Shown: positions 44,487 to 58,035 of the stretch, in pieces | Position numbering within the stretch: position 1 is the stretch's first letter | Layout of the letters: each line of letters starts with the position of its first letter | Assembly (NCBI GenBank): GCA_964016885.1 | Contig: CAXHJY010001084.1 | Coordinates: 1 to 64,000 of the forward strand | DNA from: Eledone cirrhosa | Lineage: Eukaryota | DNA length: 64,000 nt | Reading direction: 5' to 3' | Made by a program: the position numbers and the translations under genes | Notes under the pieces: model-generated | Databases searched by the model: none | Told to the model about the DNA's origin: nothing | Seen by the model: only the letters and a program-made list of their open reading frames with translations

Positions 44487-47400
44487 TTATAGAGTTAAAT
44501 AAGTTGCTATATGTCTTTAGCAATACTACAATTCAAAATACATAACAAAAAAGGTTTTAAATGTTCTGATTTGTGAAACAAAGTATCAGTAATGTTTGAA
44601 TAATTGAAGTAATGCTAAGAGGTGGTGTGATGAAGTTTTGAAAATTCTCACCACTAAAACTATATTAAATAACAAATAACACATATTCCCAGTTGACAAT
44701 TGACCAAAATTATATTGACTATCAAAAAAATCTCAATTTTCTGAACTATTTTAACTATTTTAGGGTTGGAGGGGAAAAAAAGCAGCATTAAAAATAATAG
44801 ATAAAATAAAAGCTTAAAATAACGAGACCTTTTATGGTAAATTAAAGACTGACAGATTGACAACTGAAATGAAAACTAGGGATTTAAATACCCATTTTCT
44901 TATGAGATCAGAACCTCCTCTCGTAACAATAGCAAACAGCAACAATATCATCTAATGCAACATGCACATACATATGCACATACAATCACATGCACACCTA
45001 CACACAATCACATGCGATCATCATTTTTACATCTACTTTTCTATGTTGAAATAGGTTGGTGAGGATATTCTAGTCAGATGCTCTTCCTGATGCCAACCCA
45101 TTTATGAGACCATTATGCCATGTAGAGAAATGCTGTACCCATTCTAGAAACCAGGATACACATGGCAAAAGAAACATTAAAATAGTACTTAAGAACACAA
45201 GGAAAATAGAAGTCTTGTTATGCAACTTTATATTGTTTTATTGAGTGAGAAAATCAAAATCCATGAGGTTTGGGGTTTTTTTTTTTAGATGCTCTACTAT
45301 GTTTGATTAAATGTGGTGGCAACAGAGAAGGGATAGGGAGATAAATAAAGTGAACACACGCATTGAATTTTTAAAACAGACTTGTTTTAGTAGTTCACAC
45401 AAAGAGAAGACAGAGGGGAGGGTACAGAGGGAGAATCACATCAGTGAAGTTGTCCCTTCCCTCTCATAACAGAAGCTAACACAATCCAGGCAAGAGTGTA
45501 CTTGGTAGCTTAAAACATCAAATGGAAGGAAATATTATTGGCTGAATATTCTGTCACCTTGACAATTACATCAAATATAACAGTAAAAATTAATGTGTCA
45601 ACATATTTGACCGCATTTTTCACTCCTCTCTCAAGTCAGTCTTTTCTTGGGTCAATATTACCTATTTACTCGGCTAGGCCACTACTAATTTTAGTATTTG
45701 ATTCAGCCTTGGTTATTTTCACGATTATTATAGTTTTATTATCCTCTCAGAAATGATTTATGACAGGTAAGATCGAAACAGAAAATGTCATATTTAAATG
45801 CTTTTAATCCAATTGTTGACAACATTTTACAGCAAGAAGAAAAAAAACACAGGTTCAAAGAAAAATCTGTCTTTTTCTTTTGTCTTTTCGTACAATATTT
45901 TAGTATGTGTGGTTATGTGGTGGTGAATACATTTGTAGAAACAATCAAGTATTGAAATTGCCAGCTTTACTCATAATCCATTGCTTAAATTAGCAATAAA
46001 TTAAACATGGCAAAACATGCCCTAACAAAGTATTTATAAAAATTAACCAGAGACTGGTATAAAAAATAAAATATATTGGATATATCAAAGATTCCATAAA
46101 TTACAAATATTTAAATGCAGTAAAGGATTATAAATATTCAGAAATTCCAGAAATGTGTCCTAGTAAAGATGATAACTATTCCACAAATACACAGTAATAT
46201 TAACTTTATACCAAACTGCCTACAACCACTCCTGGTTCCATGATACAATGTTGTTTGATCTAACATCATATTGTTTATATAAAAACTTTCCTTCATAACA
46301 CTAACTTAATAATGACATAATTTGTTATTTTACTAAGTAGAAATATGATAATGAAAGAGTTAATGTTTCTACTATTGTTTGTTTCATAATGGTTTGAGTT
46401 AGGTGATTAGATCGGCTTGTCCTCTTTAATTCTAACATTAACTGATAACAGACAAAAACTAGAAACCAGTTACACAGAGCAATTTATGAAGAAAAGGAAA
46501 CAAAATTGGCAACTGTCCTTAAATGTTGATACTTTATGGATGATATTGATTCATACAAAGAAATAGTCTGAAAGAGAACAGACAACATAAATTTGTTATC
46601 AAGAAAAAATTCTTTGCTTTAAATAATGTCTTATTTTTCTAGAAGTAGAATACAGATCTACATACATAAGATATTCTTTTATCTTAAATTGGCATTATTC
46701 AATAGATGGTTTACTACAAAGAGACAAATCAAACCTGCACATCTCAAAAAGTAGAAAAGGTCATACACATTGCTTTAAGGAAAACTTCTGAGATAGCAAT
46801 ATATTTCGAAATAGATTTAATTAACATTTAAAACCACAGTTATTGTTATTTATGAATCATTAACAAAGGCTTTGATTTTTATTCATCACTTATTTATATA
46901 TAAAATAAGTTCCATCTTTTCTGTCATATAAATATTTGTGTTTTGATTTTGAGCCATAACAGACCAAGTTGTACACATCATGTGAGTCATGCAGCTCAGT
47001 GGTTTGCTGTGAAGGATAGAGTCAGTATGAGCATCCAGCCATAGAATACTCACTCAAAAGGTTTCATCCAACCCCTGCCAACATGAAAAAGCAGACATAA
47101 AAATGGCAATAAGTGACATCAAGAAAATATTTCTAATCCTTTTATAAAGAAATGTTATGGAAACAAAGGAAATTATCATAATTTAACACTTGACTCTTAA
47201 GTCAAAGAGAATAATCACAATTACAATACGAGAACAGTTGGTTGAGTGGTTTAAGCACTACATGAGTGATATAAGAACTACACCTCTGAAGTAGGAAACT
47301 TACATCCACCACCATTACCAACGTACTGATGTGGAATATAGCTTATACCATTATTTTTTGTGTGCTTTTCAAGTTGAAAGAGATTTCTACTTTCAGTTAG

Positions 47401-47582
47401 TTTAACAAGGAAAAGTAGAATTATATTTTATTTCACTCTGTAACATAATGAAAAACAGACATATAACACAGAATGATAATTTCCATTAAAGTACACCTAT
47501 GTGTACAGACTATGATTTTGCATTGTCTAGGGAATATTCCAAGATTCAGTCTTATCTAATATTTTAGAGGTAATTGATTTAA

Positions 47583-47746
47583 CCCTTTAGCATTTACATT
47601 ACTCTATATATACTTTTGTATTTTCGTGATAAAGGCTTTATCTCACATAATATCGAATCTATGAGATTTTGATATTATTTATTTTGAGAACAATACCTTA
47701 ACAACAGTATGAGTGGCCTGTTATGGCCGGTTTAAATGCGAAAGGG
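47583..47746. mobile_element. piggyBac-type MITE (family B), intact
   Basis: TIRs CCCTTTAGCATTTA / TAAATGCGAAAGGG, TTAA on both sides; second, interrupted copy from 32387. Confidence 0.82.
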
Positions 47747-48656
47747 TTAAGCCAAGCGGAATTGGAACTCAACTATATAAGATCAAATGGTGTGCTACAT
47801 TCTACTGATGACTTTTTTTATTATTATTTTTGGTATTTTTTTTGTTACTATAATCAATAGTATTTATTTATTACATAAATATAATCAATTAATTATTGCT
47901 AGGAACCTTATGAATATAATACACAAAATGAAAAAATAGCATCAATTCAACACTATGTGCATTAATTGGTCACACACTGCAAAGGTCATTGGAACTTTTT
48001 GAGGCAACCTGAATTCCAGTGAAGCTTCTGTTTTACACTTCTATTAGAAAAACACCAAGTATTATATAACTATTTCTATTTCTCGCAATATTATTAACCA
48101 ATTATAAAGAAAATTGAGATGTATTTGTTTTCTCACATCATCATTACCATCAGCTTGCATGAGTTAAATGAGTTGTCACATTCTGAGGCGTGACCAATCA
48201 GGGGACCATGTCTAGTACCTATGTTCCATTTTTGGTTTCGTTTCTTTGGTTTGTAGATGTAATTTCTAATATCAGCCACTTTAAAGCATGTACTAGAAGC
48301 ATTTTATTTGTAACACCATCTTACAGAATGGACTGAGTACTTTTTTATCATGGCACTAATACTTACAGTAGGGTGAAATGAGTGATTTTTATCATAGCAC
48401 CTGTAGTACCACCTTACAGGGTGAACTGGGTGCAATTTATCATGACATCAACACTAGCACTTTGAATAGTAGGCTGGGTGAAAAATATATTTTTCACATG
48501 CTTGATTAGTAGAGACATCAAATTTCCATGTGTTTTGGGAACAATTTTCTCAGTATAACTATTCACAAAAAAATGACTACAGTTAAATTATTCAATCAGC
48601 TGAATATCAACCATTTTAAAAATTGCTTATGCTATTAAGTTCATATATCATCATAA

Positions 48657-49547
48657 TCTATAAAGCTCAGTGTTTGGTCAAGCTCCTTCGTTATAGAAAT
48701 CTACGATATAGAATTTCTTCAATTGAAATTTACAATTCAGTATTCGAAATAGTTTCGATTGCGTCTTGACGCAGATAATTTTTTCAATTTCACCCACAAT
48801 TACGCAAAAAATAGATAAAACTCAATATTTTACGATTTTCCTGTCATTTAAACTGCTAAACTCTTTCCACTACCATTCAAAATCTATACAACTTCATACT
48901 TTCTGCTACTTTCTCTTTCCAAGCTTGATGGTGATACTGTCCGTTCACACCACTCCCTACTGTCTTAAATTTAGAAAACACATATCCTCTATGAGGTTAC
49001 TAAACCTGCTAGAAACAGCAGCTAACTCTCCCCCATATCACACCCCTCCCTACTGTCTTAAATTTAGAAAACATATCTTCTATGAGGTCACTAAACCTGC
49101 TAGAAACAGCAGCTAACTCTCCCCCATATCACACCACTCCCTACTGTCTTAAATTTAGAAAACACATATCCTCTATGAGGTCACTAAACCTGCTAGAAAC
49201 AACAGCTAACTCTCCCTCATATCACAACCCTCCCTACTGTCTTAAATTTAGAAAACACACAGACAACCATGCAGAACAACTCCATCGCAGCTCTGTTGTT
49301 CGGCTGGCATCGTCTACGCGCGTGTTGCGCAAGTACTGTGAAACAATAAATTTCAACACTCTTTTGCATAATATCCATAGGCGAAACTACAATTGTCACT
49401 GCTGGCGCAGCTCCTGCTTCGGCAGTCCAGGTCTGCAATTCATTCACCCAGTGCCTGGCAGACAAAAAAAGTGCTGCCATAAAATGGGTGGTGCAACCTA
49501 ACTTTGGTAACTTAATGACCCCGAGCAACGCCAGGCTTTAATGCTAG
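48657..49547 (+). mobile_element. Non-autonomous Helitron-like element
   Basis: A|TC 5' end, subterminal GC-rich CCCGAGCAACGCCAGGC, CTAG|T 3' end, no TSD; the 5' boundary is inferred. Confidence 0.6.
48945..49259. repeat. 91-93-bp tandem repeat, about 3.4 copies
   Basis: Units start at 48945, 49038, 49129 and 49222. Confidence 0.93.
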
Positions 49548-49834
49548 TATTAGATAAAGCTGTGTTAGCATCACAATTAGCCAAATAATATCTTCAATGG
49601 CTATTTTACTCTTTAAAATCAAATACTTAAAAGAATAGAGTTTAATTTAGTAAAGCTGACCCTTATTAACAGAAAGCAAGAAAATATTTTATTGGATCAA
49701 TTCAAAAATCATCTTGACCATTTTAAAAATATTTAAAATAAAAAGCAAATAGACAAATTGTCAATAATTTCATATGCTGGTTTTAACTCTCAAATTAAAG
49801 TAGAAAACCGACAGTACTAGTAGTAATATCAATC

Positions 49835-50010
49835 AAACTTAGTCTTGTTTTCATTGAGATGAAGATCAATAAGAGTAGCTGCTACTTGGAGTTATGAGAA
49901 GGTGTTGGGTATACTCCATGTAGTCAGAAGAGCAATGTTATCTGCAAGGTCAAGATCTGTAAGATGTTTGGAGTGGTGTTTTGAGTTCAAGTGAGGTTTG
50001 ATGGTGTCTA
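49835..50010 (-). pseudogene. Degraded RTE-type RT relic
   Basis: Minus strand KHLTDLDLADNIALL...LHLNENKTK (degenerate FADD region). Confidence 0.55.
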
Positions 50011-50886
50011 AAGAGATACTAAGAGTGTAGTCTAGTGCTATAAGGAAAAAGCTTTAGAAAATTTACAAAGAGATGGTTTGCACCCATTATGTTGCCACCT
50101 TAGTGCAGGCTGGCTCCCTTGTGCAAGTGTGTTGCCTTTCAATAGACCCACAAAGATGTCAAAACTTCAGTTAAGTTAATAAGAATAATTATAGTTTAAC
50201 TGAGTACCTCAGTTGCTTCCACAAGCATGGGTGGAATGCCATAGAAAAGAAGGATACGGAAGAGGACATCTCTATTTATGCTGTCAAAAGCTTTAGAAAA
50301 ACTACAAAGAGAAGAGTCATTTCATGCTGGAATTCCTTACTTCTTCAGCTATCCTTCTTTAGGCTAAAATTTGAGCAAGAATAGATCTTCATTGTCTGAA
50401 ACAATTTTGGTTGATTCAGAGGAGTGAATCAATTTGATGAAACAATCAATTTAGAATAAGTGTTTGGAGTGGCAAAGCACCTCAGCCTCTGCGTGTGTGA
50501 GCCACACAGATGTCATCGTGGAACAATGGTTTTCACCCATTATCTTGCCACCTTAGTGCAGGCTGGCTCCCTTGTCCCACTCTGAACGACATCATCATCA
50601 GGAGCCTCAACACAGCTGATTTCTATGGGAAAACAAAAAGTGAAGAGGACTCATAGTTGTCTCAAAGACATGACAACCTCCTTAGTGTGTTGATGCCATC
50701 ATAAAATGCACCTAGTACACTCTGTAAAGTGGTGGTTGATAGGAAGGAGATCCAGCTGCAAAAACTGCTCCAAAACCAGGACACGGTCCACATCTAAGAG
50801 TACATTAGCTCCAATTAATTACTTAGTCTGTGGCAATCCTTCCAACTCATGATAGTATAGATAAACAGATGTATGATGATAATTTT

Positions 50887-51663
50887 GGTTTGTTGTTTTT
50901 TTTGCTGTTTTCTCTTTTCTTCCCCTTTTCCCTTCTCTCCCTCCTCCGTTTTCCCAATAACTTACCCAGTTATTGAACGCTCTGGAGGTAGATATATTGT
51001 CTTTAAAGCGTTGAAATATCTGAGACCCCAGTAGACAACTGATGAGGAAAACTGCCCCCCCCCCCTTCTTGCTTTCTTCTTATTCTCATTCCATTTTTAA
51101 GCCTAACTTAAATAGCAACCAAAATTTCATTTCCTATTCCTACTCTAAATAGTGAATTCAAAGGACAACCACACAGCCATCCTATTCTCCATATATTTTA
51201 TCATGTTTCGCTGTGACCTGTCATCTCTCTCCTACCTATTTCGTTACTATCTACGCTTCCCCCCCTCTTTCTTCCTCCCTCTCACTCACCCTCTCTCTGC
51301 CTGCAACCTCATTGTTTCCCTCGCCTAACCCTCTAGCAGTCCTTTTCTCACACTCGCTTGGGTCAGTCGTGTCATTTCGTTCAATCACACGCTCTTGAAC
51401 TTAAGTTCTGTTACCGCTGTGGTCTTGGATTCTCTTGCCTTCAGTTGTTTACACATTCTTCGGTTTGTTGTTGTTTTTTTGGTGTTTTCTCTTTTCTTCC
51501 CCTTTTCCCCTCTATTTTCCCAATAACTTACCCAGTTATTGAACGCTCTGGGGGCAGATTTATTGTCTTTAAAGCGTTGATATATCCAAGACCCCCAGTA
51601 GACAAGTGATGAGTAAAACTACCCCCACCCAGTTCTTGATTTCTTCTTATTCCATTTTTAAGC
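50887..51663 (+). repeat. About 210-bp diverged direct repeat (50887-51102 / 51462-51663), possibly tandem Penelope-like pLTRs
   Basis: Direct repeat visible; the element assignment is inference. Confidence 0.6.
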
Positions 51664-51817
51664 AGAGAGAGGACCATATATCCGAGAAAATACACAATAT
51701 ATTGTATAAATACAAAGCACATATAAACTCTAAATGAATATTTTTCTTTGAAATATGTGCTTTGTATATATATATACAATATATTGTGTATTCTCTCGGA
51801 TATATGGTCCTTTCTCT
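51664..51817. repeat. Fold-back element, about 60-bp arms and 28-bp spacer
   Basis: AGGACCATATATCCGAGA.AATACACAATATATTGTATA..TACAAAGCACATAT and its reverse complement. Confidence 0.85.
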
Positions 51818-51845
51818 CTCTCTCTATGAAATATATAGATATATA

Positions 51846-52088
51846 TATGGACATGTAATACACATGGAGGATGACCCCTGGGTAAAGAAGTTCCAAGAAA
51901 TCCCAGTGGAAGGAAGACTTACTAAAGGAACACCACGAAAATCATGGGCGGAGGTGGTGAGAGCTGACCTCAGATTGGTGAAGCTCACAGGGGGGATGAC
52001 GAAGGACTGTCACGAATGGAGAGATGCTGTACTGGATAGGACCCGTCCCACCCTTGCAAGCAAGGAAAAGCAGACGTAAAATGAGGAT
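51846..52088 (+). mobile_element. RTE 3' fragment of a short-UTR family
   Basis: YGHVIHMEDDPWVKK...GTPRKSWAEVVRADL...EWRDAV, running directly into tail GCAGACGTAAAATGAGGAT. Confidence 0.75.
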
Positions 52089-52224
52089 ATATATATATAT
52101 ATATAAGTTATTCTGGGTTGAATCGGAGGTAATCACAGTAAGTAAGGTACTCAATACATAGCAGAGTATAAATGTTTTAATATAGTAGCTCTTCTATATT
52201 AAATATATATATAGAGAGAGAGAG

Positions 52225-52424
52225 AGAAGTGGTAACACAACAGTAAGTTCACTATACCAAGAACAATTGTTTCACCTTAGCGGATCTTCAGCTGAAGACC
52301 CGCTAAGGTGAAACAATTGTTCTCGGTATGGTGAATTAACTGTTGTCTGTGTTACCACTTCTACCTAACTCGTCCCATGGATTGAGTGCTCTACCACTAC
52401 GGATATTACCTTCCAGTGTTCTAC
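52225..52424 (+). mobile_element. Penelope-like pLTR-only insertion; palindrome 52225-52362 of two truncated hammerhead cores
   Basis: Centre TCTTCAG|CTGAAGA (52291/52292); core CTGAAGA-(C/T)CCGCTAAGGT-GAAA-C-AATT-G-TT; tail with GAGTGCTCT..TACGGAT ending TCTAC. Confidence 0.62.
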
Positions 52425-52537
52425 CTCTCTCTCTCTCTCTACATATATATATATACATACATACATACATATATATATACATACATATATATATATATAA
52501 ATACATATATACATACATACATATATATATATATAAA

Positions 52538-53406
52538 GAAAAAGTTCAGAGAGCTTATACCACTATTAGCTGCTAAAGGGTTCTCCCTAAAAATGAAAGG
52601 CAGGCTGTACGATGCCTGCATACGAACAGCAATGTTGCATGGCAGTGAGACCTGGGCATTGTGTGCAGAGGATATACGCAGACTAGAGAGAAACGAAGCT
52701 TGCATGCTCCGCTGGATGTGTAATAGTAATATACGTGAACGACAAAGCATAAACGAACTAAGGAAAAAATTAGAAATAAGAGGGATCAGATGTTGTTTAC
52801 TAGAGAGAAGGCTACGTTGGTATGGTCACGTGATGCGCATGAAGGATGATAGCTGTATAACAAAGTGCAGGGCAATAAAGATAGACGGTAGCCACGGAAT
52901 AGGCAGACCCAGAAAAACCTGGGACGAGCTGATAAACTCCGACCTCACACACTTACACCTCACCAAGACAATGTCACTGGACCGAGACCTTTGGCGGTAC
53001 TCAGTAATAGAGAAGACACGCCTTGCCAGTAGGCATCTCTAACAAAATACACCCCGTCCCACCACCACCACCCCACCCCATCCACACCATCCACACCACC
53101 CCGTTCTATGTAAAGTTATGTTGGTGCCGCGCCATCCAGGCCGAAACAAATGAGATCGTGTAGGTGTCACGACAAAAAAACACACAGTCCACGCTGTAAT
53201 GTGGCCGTGTAGGCAACACGGTAAAAACCTCCCAGACCCACACTGTAAATGTGGTTGGTGTTAGGAAGAGCATCCAACTGTAGAAAACCTGCCAGACAGT
53301 CCTATGCGAGCAAGAAAATCAATCTTGCCTCAAGTGGGACTACCCACGTCCAAACCCATGCAAGCGTGGAACACGGACGTTAAACGTTGATGATGATGAT
53401 GATGAT
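52538..53406 (+). mobile_element. RTE LINE, 5'-truncated
   Basis: [10 protein letters not shown]...EKTRLASRHL* (stop at 53042), 3' UTR, (GAT)n tail. Confidence 0.93.
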
Positions 53407-53827
<421 letters not shown>

Positions 53828-56162
53828 AGGAAATCGCCAGGCCCAGACCTCATTACAGGATACTGGTTGAAGAATTTCACTTTCTATCGGCAAGATCTCA
53901 TACGGCTGTTTACAGAAACCATTAAGGGCACACAAGAACTGCCCAGATGGTTATCAACTGCCTCTACTCTCCTCATTCCCCAAAATAGCCAAACCACCCT
54001 TGCTAAAAATTACCGCCCAATTGCCTGCCAAAACATCATGTATAAATTATATACTGGGTGCATTAACCTGTTCTTACAGGATCACTGTGCTACCAACAAC
54101 ATCATAACACCTGAGCAAGCTGGTGGAAAGAGGGAGGTGTGGGGTTGCATAGATCACCTACTAACTAACAAAATGATTCAGGAAAAAACAACAAAGAATC
54201 GCAGAAACATGACTGTCGTGTGGCTGGACTATCAAAAAGCATTTGATAGTGTACCTCATGGGTGGATTGTTAAGGCTTTACAGTTAGCTAAAGTCCCACA
54301 ACCATTGGTAGCTGCTGTTGAACGCATGACCAAGAACTGGTACACCAGTTTGATCCTTAGAGGTGAGAAGGAGCAGGTTAAGACTGATAAGATACATTAC
54401 CAGAAGGGCATCTTTCAGGGTGATAGCTTGTCAGTGCTACTCTTCGTTCTCTCACTGAATCCACTATCTTACCTACTCAGGAAACAAGGTGGACAAAGAA
54501 GTGGGCCCAGAAGTATCTCCCATCTTTTCTTTGTTGATGACCTGAAGTTGTATGGGCCAAATATCAATGACATCAAGAAACAATTGGACCTCATTACACA
54601 ATTTTCAACCGACATCAAAATGAAATTTGGTGAGTCCAAGTGTGCATATTTGGCAGTAAAACGTGGAAGAGCTGTGCCCTCCTCTAGAAATCTAGAGATG
54701 AACGGCCTGACAATACAACCTCTGCAGTCAGGTGACAGCTACAGATATCTTGGACAGGATGAGAATGTCAGATATGATGGACCCATAAATAAGGAGAGAA
54801 CCAGAACTGAATACCTCAGAAGAGTAAAGAAAATATGGTCATCAGAACTGTCAGCATACAACAAATACATTGCCCACAATACTTATGCTGTGCCAATTCT
54901 AACGCCAACATTTGGCCTACTGAACTGGTCATTGCAAGAACTAAGTGAGATGGATGTTAGAACTCGAAAACTTCTCAGTGTTACTGGGAACTTTAACATC
55001 AATGGTGATGTGGATAGGCTATACTTCTCACGCAAGGAAGGTGGCCGGGGTCTAAAATCAATATTAACAACATATGAGACCCGGATAGTAACACTGAAGC
55101 AACACCTTCAACAGAGGAAAAAGGTTGGCAACCATCTTGCCCAGGTTTATGACCATGAAAAAAGAAATATCATTAGAATAGCGACTGATCTGGAGGAGAG
55201 ATATGGAATAAAGCCTGATATAAATCTCTCACCCGGAGAAATCGGAAGATCCTATTCAATGTTCAAACAAGATTAAAAAATTGACCAATTTACAAAAAAA
55301 GTTGTGCATGGATACTTGAGGCGTAAAACGCAGACCATAGAGGGGATAAACCACTCAAAAAGCCTGGCATGGAGTTCCGACAAGTTTATGACATCACACC
55401 TTGAGGGATATCTCTATGCAATACAGGAACAAGAACTCCCTACCAAATATCTGCTGCACAAAAGAGGAGGGCCAGCAGCTATGTAAAACAAAGATCGAGG
55501 ATGTAAGCCACATTGTTGCCAGCTGCGAAAGAATGTCATCTCGCTACTACCTCCCCATGAGACACGATGGGATAGCTAGAACCATCTGGAACGCACTTCG
55601 GAAAACAAAATTAACAACAAACGAGGAAGAATATATTGAGACAGATGGCACTAAGGAATACTGGTGGAACCTGAAAATAAAAACTGCCACCAAATTAAAG
55701 CACAACTGGCCTGATATTGTAGTTTGGGACCACACATTGAAAACGTGTTCTGTTGTGGAGATCAGCTGCCCACTTGATGTAAACGTTGTCTGTTGTAGAA
55801 ATCAGCTGCCCACTTGATGTAAACGTTGTCAGAAAAATACAGGAGAAGGAGGACATCTACGGGCCATTGATGAGGAGTTTACAAATCCAGTATCCAAAAT
55901 ACACCTTTAGCTTCATACCCATCATTATTGGTGCTACGGGTTATATACCAACCCGCTTGGACAAAAGTATGACTGAACTTGGATTTGCGGACAAAAAGCG
56001 CAGCTCCCTAATTCATAGTCTACAAATGGCTGCGATAGCTGGCACCTTCAAAATTTGCAAAACATTCTTGCGATTCAAGGGATGACAATTTCTTTTCTTT
56101 TACAACCTTGCCACCAGGAAGGTGGCCGGTCAAAAAAATATACTCGAAATTAAGAGAAAGAG

Positions 56163-56167
<5 letters not shown>
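53828..56167 (+). mobile_element. R4/Dong-clade non-LTR retrotransposon (RT + restriction-like endonuclease), 5'-truncated and disrupted
   Basis: KSPGPD, NYRPIAC, WLDYQKAFDSVPH, GIFQGDSLS, HLFFVDDLKLY, RLYFSRKEGGRGL; partial CCHC (LCK..EDVSHIVASC), RHD, PDIV, VEISCP, KEDIY; stop at 55276, deletion near 55480, 40-bp duplication 55749-55830; 3' UTR hairpin GCCACC-aggaa-GGTGGC. Confidence 0.87.
53867..55276 (+). pseudogene. R4/Dong-type reverse transcriptase domain (open 469 aa, premature stop)
   Basis: RT motifs as listed for the element. Confidence 0.87.
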
Positions 56168-56197
<30 letters not shown>

Positions 56198-56511
56198 AAT
56201 ACATGCATACATATATAAATACATACATACATATATATATACATATATATATACATACATATATAAATACATACATACATATATATATACATATATATAT
56301 ACATACATATATACATACATATATACATACATACATATATACATACATATATATATACATACATACATATATAAATACATACATATATAAATACATACAT
56401 ACATATATATATACATACATACATACATATATACATACATACATATATATATACATACATATATATATACATACATATATATATACATACATATATATAT
56501 ATACATACATA
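56168..56511. repeat. (TACA)/(TA)n microsatellite
   Basis: Directly visible. Confidence 0.96.
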
Positions 56512-57909
56512 TATTATTGCCCTTCAGGCTATAACAGAGGAGTTCAAGACAGGCTGCCCATGGGAACTCCTATACGCAGACGACCTGACACTCATAGCGG
56601 AATCAATGGCCGAGCTAGAGAAGAAATTCCAAACATGGAAGCACGGCCTAGAGTCAAAAGGACTTAAAATTAACCTGGCTAAGACCAAAGTTCTAGTTTG
56701 TAGGAAAGAAAACAAGGCGGCGGTCCCTTCTGGGAAATGGTCGTGCTCGGTGTGTAGGAAAGGCGTAGGTAGAAACTCCATTTTATGTCCTAAATGCAAA
56801 GTATGGGTGCATAAAAGATGTAGTGGGATCACAGGTAAGCTAACTAAGAACATAGATTTTACATGTGGCCGGTGTTCTGGTGAAATAAGTAGCAGCAAGT
56901 GCCCACAAAATACTAGCTCTTTCAATTGCGCACAGGGTTCTATAGAAATAGTGGACAGCTTCCGTTACCTGGGCGATAAAATCAGCAGTGGGGGAGGGTG
57001 CTCTGAAAGTACTGTAGCTAGAGTCAGAACTGGTTGGAAAAAGTTCAGAGAGCTTATACCACTATTAGCTGCTAAAGGGTTCTCCCTAAAAATGAAAGGC
57101 AGGTTGTACGATGCCTGCATACGAACAGCAATGTTGCATGGCAGTGAGACCTGGGCATTGTGTGCAGAGGATATACGCAGACTAGAGAGGAACGAAGCTT
57201 GCATGCTCCGCTGGATGTGTAACAGTAATATACGTGAACGGCAAAGCATAAACGAACTAAGGAAAAAATTAGAGATAAGAGGGATCAGATGTTGTTTACT
57301 CGAGAGAAGGCTACGTTGGTATGGACACGTGATGCGCATGAAAGTCGATAGCTGTATAACAAAGTGCAGGGCAATAAAGATAGACGGTAGCCACGGAATA
57401 GGCAGACCTAGAAAAACCTGGGATGAGCTGATAAACTCCGACCTCACACACTTACACCTCTCCAAGACAATGTCACTGGACCGAGACCTTTGGCGGTACT
57501 CAGTAACAGAGAAGACCCGCCTTGCCAGTAGGCATCTCTAACAAAATACACCCCGTCCCGCCACCACCCCACCCCATCCACACCACCCCCACCCCATCCA
57601 CACCACCCGTTCTATGTAAAGTTATGTTGGTGGCGCGCCATCGAGGCCGAAACAAATGAGATCGTGTAGGTGTCACGACAAAAAAACACACAGTCCACGC
57701 TGTAATGTGGCCGTGTAGGCAACACGGTAAAAACCTCCCAGACCCACACTGTAAATGTGGTTGGTGTTAGGAAGGGCATCCAACTGTAGAAAACCCGCCA
57801 GACAGTCCTATGCGAGCAAGACAATCACTCTTGCCTCAAGTGGAACTACCCCCGTCCAAACCCATGCAAGAGTGGAACACGAACGTTAAACGTTGATGAT
57901 GATCATGAT
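56512..57909 (+). mobile_element. RTE LINE, 5'-truncated within RT
   Basis: [25 protein letters not shown]...PHD (56744-56875)...EKTRLASRHL* (57541), 3' UTR, (GAT)n tail. Confidence 0.94.
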
Positions 57910-57964
57910 ATATATAATACATACATATATATATACATACATGTATATATACATACATATATAT

Positions 57965-57997
<33 letters not shown>

Positions 57998-57999
57998 CA

Positions 58000-58035
<36 letters not shown>

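Noticed and set aside
45538-45770. 72-aa hydrophobic ORF followed by a GTAAG donor-like site
   Set aside because: TTG start, no recognisable motif, hydrophobicity expected from AT-rich DNA.
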